Position numbers and translations under genes: made by a program. From Lama guanicoe (taxonomy: Eukaryota), in NCBI GenBank assembly GCA_013239625.1, contig MU054400.1, forward strand, positions 2,019,345 through 2,083,344: a stretch of DNA of 64,000 nt. The letters are read 5' to 3'. Positions 55,271 to 64,000 of this stretch are shown piece after piece; position 1 is the first letter of the stretch; each line of letters begins with the position of its first letter. The notes under the pieces were generated by a model. The model saw nothing but the letters and a program-made list of their open reading frames with translations. It ran no database searches and was not told the origin of the DNA.

Positions 55271-57120
55271 AGTCTGAAAGTTGACTGTGAATGCCCTACA
55301 CATAAGAAACAGCAGGAAGTCAAAACATAGATGACCAACTTTCCTGAACATCCAATTTCAAATGACTCAACTAGCCAGAGAGCTAGCATTTACCTTGTCT
55401 TCGGCAGGTCATCTGAAAGGAACTGGGATACAGATAACCTAGTTTTAGGGAGCAGACCAGGGAAACCACAACAGAGATGATCATGCGAGAATAAGAGATG
55501 GTCATCCATGAGCATCATATCTAACACAGACAGGTAAGACATGATATCTAAAGAAGGCACAACCTCAAAAGCTTACAGAACAATAGTGAATAGTTAAGTT
55601 GGGCCCTTAGTAATATTTACAGTCTGGAATCCTCCTAACCATCGGTTGTCAATGTTACTATTGAAGGGTAGCTGGGCTTTCTGGACAGACTAAGGGCTTC
55701 TCTATAGTGTCCTACATGTAAAGAAGTAAGATCCCACTGCACACAGTTCAAAAAGCATCGACATTAATCATTAGTTTATTAAGCAGCTCCACTGTGTCGG
55801 ACACCACAGCCATATTATGTTATCTCATTCAATCCTCAAACAAAACCTCAAGAAACCAAAGTCCGACAGGCCCATAAGAAATCACTTTCTCCTACAAAAT
55901 TACAACATTGTTGAAAATTCACATGATTGATAGATACTAGAATCCTCCAGCCTCATGGAACTCACGGTTTTGAGGGGCACCTAAGGCAATTTAAAAGTAT
56001 GAGTTTACAGCATTTCATGGTAAAAGCTGGAAAGCATTATAACACACAGGGTACAGCTATACTTCTAGTACTGTACAGAGCAAAATTATCACCTACCCAT
56101 TATAATTCAAGTCTTTTTATAAAAATAAATTTTGAATTTCAAACAACCAATGTCAAACAATTTCGGTATCAGAACCACTCCCAAACAGACTAAAGTAATA
56201 TTGATTTATTCTGAGTAAATTATCCAAAACGTGTTAACTAACAAAAACCAAGGGATTAAAACAACTCTAAATTCAGCTGCCTGCTACTCCATTCGAAACA
56301 AAAATGAATGAATCTTAATTTTAATTGTACCATATCAAACAGATATACTAGACCTTCTCAAATAAGCTGCATTTTATACAATTGATCCAAATATGATCAA
56401 TTAAAACAATGTTATACTTTTGCAGAAGAGCCAAAAATTCTGCACATACTTCATACATGCTTAAACTTCTATTCTGCATTCTAAAAAAGGGAAGAGGAAA
56501 ATGGTTCATTTACACTGGCTTCAAATTTTCCAAAAATCTGATCTCTAACATTTGAACTTTGCTTCCGTACCTGTTTTATCTACTACACTTTTACTGAACA
56601 CAAGAAAAAAATTAGAAGCTAAGTAGTACTGACTTAGAACAAAAAAGCAATTAGCAATCTTAAAAATTCTCAAAGCAGCTTTAGACAGAGGCAGTCCAGA
56701 GACACTACTGCTCTGTAGAAACATAGAACTTACTGCGCCAAATTACATAAAATGTTCCCATCTATCTAGGAAAGAACTGTAACCGGAAATGAAAGATTTT
56801 TGTAATTTCTTTTAGGTATTTCTAGACTACCTAGATACATTTATTTTTGTCGTTAAGCCCATGTGGCCTCCACTAACTCAAAATGAAAAATCCATAATGA
56901 AATGGGCTTCTAAGGACCCATATTTGTCATAAATGTATTTTTCCTACTCTGGTCTTGCACTGACAACCTACAGTAATAACCAACTGGCCAGAAAAGTTGA
57001 AAACTGAGAATTACTAGATGCTTTCTCAAAAACCGTTAAGAATTAAAATTTTAACAAACCTCAAAGTAAGTAATGATTTGAAGTCAACCTAGCATTTACA
57101 AAACAACCTTCTGTAGTACA

Positions 57121-57191
57121 TATATGTATATACCCCATTTTATTTATCCATTTAGCTCTCAGTGTTCACCTGGGTTGCTTCTATCTTTTGG
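57121..57191 (-). mobile_element. Upstream piece of a split L1MB-like 3' end, inverted
   Basis: Reverse complement is ccaaaagatagaagcaacccagg...atggataaataaaatggggtatatacata, homologous to 62841-62908. Confidence 0.8.
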
Positions 57192-57199
57192 ATTTTATA

Positions 57200-57377
57200 A
57201 TTTTAATGTTTTGTTAACCTAGTATACTTAAATATTTCAACATGTAACTGATACAAAAATTTAGATATTTTACTTTTTTTAATACTAGGGCTTCAAGATC
57301 TGGTATTTTACATTCACAGCATATCTCAACTGGAACTAGCCCCATGTGGCTAGATACTTTGGAATTTGATGGCACAG
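57200..57377 (+). mobile_element. MER33-like element, 3' half
   Basis: atttcaacatgtaa...gatattttac...tattttacattcacagcatatctcaa...catgtggctag signature. Confidence 0.7.
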
Positions 57378-60155
57378 CTCATAAAGTCTTCATGCTTTGT
57401 TCCCTACTTACCTCTCCCACTTCAGTCACTGTATTTCAGCCACTTTCAAGTCGTTCCCCCCCCAACTGTCACTTACTAGTTCTTTTCCTCTTTGGGCTTT
57501 TGCCAATGCTGGTAATGACAGTAACATAATAGTAATTAGTCCAGGCTTATCAAGGCATATGCAGTATCTTTTCTTATGTTTCACAACTTTATGATTAAAG
57601 TACTATTATCTCTTTTTTAAAGTCAAGAAATGGACTTAGATTAATAATGTGATTAAATTTATATACCTTTTAAATAGTGGAGCCTAGATTCAAATCCAGT
57701 GACTATCTTTGGAGCCCACACCTAACCACTGCTCAAAGTTGCTTTGACTTTTCTCTGGTTGGCTTTTCAGCCTTTAGGTTTATTTAAATGTTAGTTCATC
57801 AGAGATTGATTGGTCTCACACTTTAAATCAGATCAATGATTGTAACCTCTCATACCATTTTGTGATTATATGCATTTTATCCTCCCTACCCCATAGTGTA
57901 ATAATTTACAAAGGGGCTGTTTTGCTTACCTTTTAACCCCATGGTACCTGCCTAGTACTGCACTTGGCACATACTGAGTAATGCAAGTATTTAGTGAATG
58001 AACAGTGTTTTAAAGACTTATTTGCAATATTTAGAACTTACTAAGGAATATTTTAATGTGGTTTACTTAGAAAAGGGATGCTTATTAGTTTAAATGTCTA
58101 ATGGCATTATTTTAGTTGTTTTGTGTGAGCAGCTTCCACTTTAAAAAAAAAAACCCGTTAAAATTAGGACTGAGAGTTTCTTGAGACTAAAGTTGGCATC
58201 TCCAAATTTGTTTGATGCAAAACTGAGTTAGCATACAAAACAGATTTCATTGATTATTGGAATGAATAAAATGTATAAATGTGTGTCTCTATTTTGCAAA
58301 TATTTTCATTATCAGAAAATCTTAACTGTTTTCTTCCAGGTAATTTATGCCATTATGGTAAAGTGTGATGTCCTATAAACATAACATAGACTGCCTGGTT
58401 TACTAGTTAGGTAACTGGTATACAGATTTCTAGACTTGGGTAAACTGCCTTCCGTTAAAATTTTTTTTTATAGACTTTAAAGCTCTCTCCAGTTTTTATA
58501 AAGGATGTGTGTGCCCTTACTAGTTTTAAAAATCAAGACTGCAAAGAAAATTAAACATAGTATGCATGCTACTACTTTAGGAAATTTCAATGATGCAGAA
58601 AAGTATGAAACAAAAAGGAGGCCCCACTCAGCATTAATCTTAGTTTGTATCTATCTGTTTTACGTACTTACCCATATATTATTTTCTATTCCTGTTAAGC
58701 AGTTGGATCATTACCCACTTTTCTTTACCTTAGTACTTTTAATTTGTATCTTTGCAATCTTTCCATATTGGCATATGTAGAGCTAAATCTTTCCACTAGT
58801 ATTTATTGATTATTTGTGTATTTTTTTAAATTAATATTTTGAAGAAGGGGGAAAGGATGTTGGCATTATTGATTAACTTAGGTGTACTGAAACGTGGTCT
58901 GCATTTTGGAGAGAGCAAGAATCTGGAATTTGAGAGATCTGACTTCAGGCAAAGTGCTTTACTCCTCTGAGCCTCACTGGCCACATTTTTAACATGTGAT
59001 ATAATACCTGCTTAACTAGATTGTTTGGAAGATTTCATGAGGTAATATATGAAAGTATCTAGCTCAGAGTTTATATACTTTACTTGTATCGGTTTCTTTC
59101 CTCCTGTACACTATTGTTTGCCAGTGAATTGAGTCCTGATTTTTTGCAGTAGAAGGACGCTTAAAGGGTTTGCTAGCATGTGGAAGTGAAACATTTAGTT
59201 TGTTATACTTTGTTAGATTTAGATCATAGAAACTCTTCAAAATAAACATTTTATTGATAATGTACTGTAACATTTATGACTATTAAGTGTTATATTTATA
59301 AGAAGGTGCCCTTTTCCCACATAGCTGCTTATGTCTTTATGGTTATTTCTTATACTTCAACATCTCCGTGTTAAGATTTATGCAGGGTTTTCTTAATGAG
59401 GGTACTTTAAGGTTACTCAAACATTAGGCATTTGGAGAATGATAACTAGCTGAACTACTGCATAGTATGATTTGTTGAATATGGATTTTTTTTCAAAAGG
59501 TATTAGCAGTACTGAATAAGAAACTGATTAAAAGATAGACACTCTTAAGGGACTTGCTACTTAAAACGCTGAAATAGCAAATGTTTGAATGCACTGTATT
59601 ACTCAGACAATTATTTAGAAAATTCTTGCTAAATGCTATTAACACATGGTTCTGCTGCAGGAAATGAAGTTAATGTGTATATTTCAATCTTCAGAGCTTT
59701 TTTTTTTTTTTTTTTAAAGAGCCAGCAAGATTTTTCTGTTTTTCTTCCTGAGGATATTTAATAGAAAGGAGCAGAGACTGGCTGTTTAAAGGCAAGTTTG
59801 GTTTGTGGGATATTTGTAAAGGATGATTGTTTCTTTTAGCTAGCTTAAAATCAGATTAACTCAATTTTTTAAAGGTGTTTATAATTCAGAGTTTATACTC
59901 ACAGTTAGGCTGGCAATACTGGGGTGTTTGCCTGAGTGTGAGTACTATGCCCAGGCAACTTACATACATGTTTTGTTCCATTGTTCCATTAGCCCTACAG
60001 AATAAATATCATCTCAATTTTACTGATAAGGAAATCGAGGCTAAGACAGGTAAAACTACTAAGTGGCAAAACTAAGGTATGAATTCAGGTCTGCATGCCT
60101 CAAGAACATTCCTTCCTAATACAGTAATGCTTTGTTTCCCCTTCTTCCCCATCAA

Positions 60156-60156
<1 letters not shown>

Positions 60157-60203
<47 letters not shown>

Positions 60204-60230
60204 ACGCATGCGTGTGTATGTATGTGTGTG
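60157..60230. repeat. (TG)n microsatellite extended by an alternating purine-pyrimidine tract
   Basis: About 19 TG units followed by cgcgcatacgcatgcgtgtgtatgtatgtgtgtg. Confidence 0.95.
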
Positions 60231-60687
60231 AGAGATTTTCCTCCCCAAAACAATCAAGAATGGGAAATAAGTGAAGTGGGCCCTGAACTGCTGAGACTGG
60301 TATCGTAAAAGTTCATATACAAAATCTTACTCATTTCAGGACAGCATTTCTAAGTCTTAATTACTTATTTGCATCTTCCTCTCCAGGTTAAAAATAGCAA
60401 ATTTAGGAGGAAGGTAATGTATACTGTCAAGAACAGAACTGATAGTTTGGTAAAAAAACAAATATGGAATACCTTGAGAGTCTGGATCTATATCTCTGTA
60501 TTGCAGAACAGCAGTTGATATTTGCACCAGTAACTCAGCATTATAAAAAATTATTATCTGTAGGATGGAAAACAATTTTGGTGCTCATGGAGGGATGAAC
60601 TTCAATTAGCTAGAGAATCCACTGATGTGAAACACCTGACTTTGGATAATGTTGAGAAAATGGGAGACTACTGAATTATCTCGGGAA

Positions 60688-61046
60688 AAAAACAGGGAAG
60701 AAATTCTGACACATGCTACAACATGGATGAAACTTGGGAACATTATGCTAAGTGAAATAAGCTAGTCACAAAAGCACAAATACTACGATTCCACTTTTAC
60801 AAGATACCTAGAATAGTCAAATTCAGAGAGACAAAAAGCAGGATGGTTGTTGCCAGAGGCTGGCAGGATACTGGGGACTTACTGTGTAACAAATACAGGG
60901 TTTCAGTTTTTTAAAGAGGAAAAGAGTTCTGGAGATGGATGGTGGTGATGGCTGCACGACAATATAAATGTATTAAATGTGACTGAACAGTACACTCAAA
61001 AATGGTTAAGATAATAAAATTCTATGGTATGAATACTGACTATGTT
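60688..61046 (+). mobile_element. Downstream piece of the split L1MB-like 3' end
   Basis: gaaattctgacacatgctacaacatggatgaa...agttctggagatggatggtggtgatggctgcac...aaaatggttaag. Confidence 0.85.
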
Positions 61047-61126
61047 AAAAAATTAATTTTATTTAAGTGGCTATGAGAAAATTTAAATTGCATATGTGGC
61101 CTGCATTATGTCTATTGGACACATTG
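61047..61126 (-). mobile_element. MER33-like element, 5' half
   Basis: Reverse complement is caatgtgtccaatagacataatgcaggccacatatgcaatttaaattttctcatagccac. Confidence 0.7.
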
Positions 61127-62549
61127 TTAAAACCTAAGTCATAGTAAAATTTTCCAATTAGAAGGGTTTTGAGGAACTGTGTGATAAGATCTAGAACAGT
61201 AAGCCTGAATGCCCTAAGGCAGGGTCAACAAACTTTAAGTAGAGGGCTAGAGAGTAAATATTTTCAGCTCTGTGGCCATATGACCTGTTCTGAAAGCACA
61301 GATGGTACATAAAGAGAATGGGCATGCTGGATTTGGCCCACTATGGCTTGCTGACACTGGCCTTAAGTCATCCACTGTTAAGCAATGGCTCTTACCAGCT
61401 CAGATTGCTACATTTTCAGTAATTGTGTAAACCAGTTTATTATGAGTAACTTAAAATCTTCCATGGTAATAAATAAGCTTATCAATCAATCAACCAATCA
61501 ATCAATCTTCCATGGCAAGAGGTATTTATATCATGGAAATCAGCAAACACTACAAATCAGTGCTGTTTTTCCTGAAGAACTAGTTGATAAACATTTACCA
61601 GCACACCAACTGTAAAGAGTTAACGTCTCTCCTATGCATTTAAAATTATGTTAGCTGTGATCCATCTTTAAGAAAAATGCATAGTCATTCAAAATCACTT
61701 TCTGTGTTCTGTGATTCAGATGAAGATCCTCAGCTAAGAAATGAAAGGCTGTTCTAGAAGAATTGTTTCAGTAACCAGAAGCAAGTGTGAATATCCTGAG
61801 GGAGTCAAGAGTGGTGACCTAAGGGGAGAGCAATTAAAAATGAAACTGCAAGAGGAGAGCAGGAAGCCATGAGACTACTTATTATGTCAGCTGTCCAAAT
61901 CCACAAAGGCAGAGGGGCAACTTTGAGATTTGAGCATCTGTGGATTCTGATACCCATTCTAGTACCCATTCTGGTACTAATACTCTGCAGATACCAAGGG
62001 ACAACCATACTTGCATTCAGTAAAGACTGAAAAACTGGTAGTGATTATTAATTACACATTATCACGCATACGGTCTATATTCATTTGTAAATACTTACTG
62101 AGCCTAAACTACGTGCTAGGCTCTGGTAACACAACAGTGAACAATCACAGAAGAAATAAGCATTAATCAAATAATCACATAGACTTTAAATTATAATGAA
62201 TTACAATCAAAATCACGATGCTATGAAACAGTACAACATGGAATCCCAACCTACTCTGGACAATCAGGGATGCTTCTTTAACACAGAGACCTTTTGCACT
62301 AAGATTTAAGGGAGAAAAGGAATGGGCAAAGAGCAGGAGGCATTCCAGGTAGCAAGAACAAATTGCATAAACTGCTGACGCAGGGGAAAAAATGTAATTA
62401 ACCAGTCAAGCAACTAAAAACTCATTAAGGCAAGAGCCAAGTGACCAAGGAGGAAGTAGTTTTGATCTCATGATCCTCCTAGAAGGATCCTGGAGACCCC
62501 CACCCCTAGATAACACTGAGAACTGCTGCTTGAGTAACAAAAAGCCAAG

Positions 62550-63006
62550 TAATCACAATGAGATACCACTTCATAGCAACTAGGAAGGCTATAATCAAAG
62601 ATGGACAATAACAAGTGTCACAGAGAATGGAGAGTAACTGGAATCCTCACGTACTGCTGGTGGGAATAAAAAATGGTAAAGATGTTTTGGAAAACAGTTT
62701 GGCAGTTCTTCAAAAAGTTAAATATAGACCTATCACATGACCCAGTAATTCCCCTCATAGGCATTCACTCAAGAAATATGAATACATATGTCCACACAAA
62801 AACTCGTGTAAGTATCCACAGAGGCATTATTCATAATGGTCAAAAAGTAGAAACAACCCAAATGTCCCTCAACTGATAAATGAAGAAATAAAATGCGGTA
62901 TATACCCATACAGTGGAGTATTATTTAGCAATAAAAAGGAAGTACTGATACACGCTACAACATGGATAAACCGTGAAAACATACTAAGTAAAAGAAATCA
63001 GTCACA
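62550..63006 (+). mobile_element. Old L1 (L1MB-like) ORF2 end / 3' UTR fragment
   Basis: cacaatgagataccacttca...ctgctggtgggaat...ttggaaaacagtttggcagttc...gacccagtaattcc. Confidence 0.85.
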
Positions 63007-64000
63007 AGTTTTCTAAATCTGGCATGTATTTCACCCTTACAGAACATCTGAAATCAGTGCAACCACATTTCAAGTGTTCAACAGTCAGATGTGAATGGAG
63101 ACACCGCGGTGGTCAGGAGTTCTAGATTCACACTCTAAAGTACAATTTCAAATGATGTTTGTGATAATGACACTAAGGCACAGCAATTTCCCTTATCAAG
63201 GAAAGGTTCAATTCTATTTAACACAGCACTTACATTATGTTTAAGTATGTTAATATTTTTCTAAAAGTTTCAAGCAACAAGACATTTTCTAAAATTAGAA
63301 CATACACTGCCTGAATATTCCAGGTAACTGTATTTTTAAATCGTATACTACAGTCTAAGAGAGTTACAAAATCCCAGAACAAGCTAGTTAGAAGTTAGTA
63401 TAGGGTAGTACCCTTCCAGTTTCTGCACTAATTTTAATCACACACAAAAAACATTCTTCTGGACTTCTTGTTGACACTGAGAAATCCTGTTTCCTGATAG
63501 CAAATCGTGAATAATTATTAGAAAACAATCTCATACATAGGGATCTTATGCCATTACCTATTTTTTAACCTATTTACTTATACTATGAAAATTCTTATTA
63601 ATGAAACTGCCTTGGAACATATACAGTGAAGTTTACATTCTAACCACCCTTAGGTAGATATTTAAACATTACTCAATTGATTGAGTGCTCAATGAAAAAT
63701 TTCATTTTAATTTCAAAAAAGTATAAGCTTTATTATCTTCAAACAAGTTAAAATTTATTAAATATCAATTGTATTAAAGTATCCTGTTTCTACCTGTTTA
63801 TATACTCAGAAACCGAGGAGAAAACAGAAAAATTAATAACCACCTTACAACTTTTACAGCTGACCCAAGAGACTTAATATAATTTCATCCAATTAACTGT
63901 TAGAACATATTCATAAATATTACTTCAGTATAACATATTAGGAGAATTTACATTATATAGAAAACACTTAATGAAAGAGATTTTTAATTACAGAAAATGG

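Noticed and set aside
57900..59900. Processed-pseudogene or foreign 3' UTR insertion suggested by the T-rich strand bias
   Set aside because: No ORF remnant, poly(A) or TSD; the bias is better explained by the inversion.

Overview
Mammalian genomic DNA, probably camelid, inferred from a Vic-1-like tRNA-derived SINE. It carries two convergent genes. IDNK (gluconokinase) is complete on the + strand: 5 coding exons, 1983-14363, 558 nt, 185 aa, behind a CpG-island promoter that is partly in an N gap. UBQLN1 (ubiquilin-1) is on the - strand: coding exons 2-11 (50032 down to 24669, 1590 nt, all GT-AG and in frame) plus a 3' UTR with two poly(A) regions; exon 1 lies beyond the right edge. The rest is intron or intergenic DNA dense in L1, L2, MIR, LTR and DNA-transposon relics. 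I see no new gene system; most ORF-track ORFs are noise or repeat-derived. The most interesting signals are structural: (1) a ~3.6 kb inversion in UBQLN1 intron 1, shown by a split and flipped L1-in-MER33 nest; (2) a TSD-flanked L1 3'-transduction beside UBQLN1 exon 3; (3) a young CpG-rich L1 with its 5' UTR, inserted into a Cheshire-like transposon; (4) a tiny TSD-flanked orphan insertion that carries a (TAAA)n tract. Repeat family names come from recognising the sequence by eye, not from a database search, and repeat boundaries are approximate.
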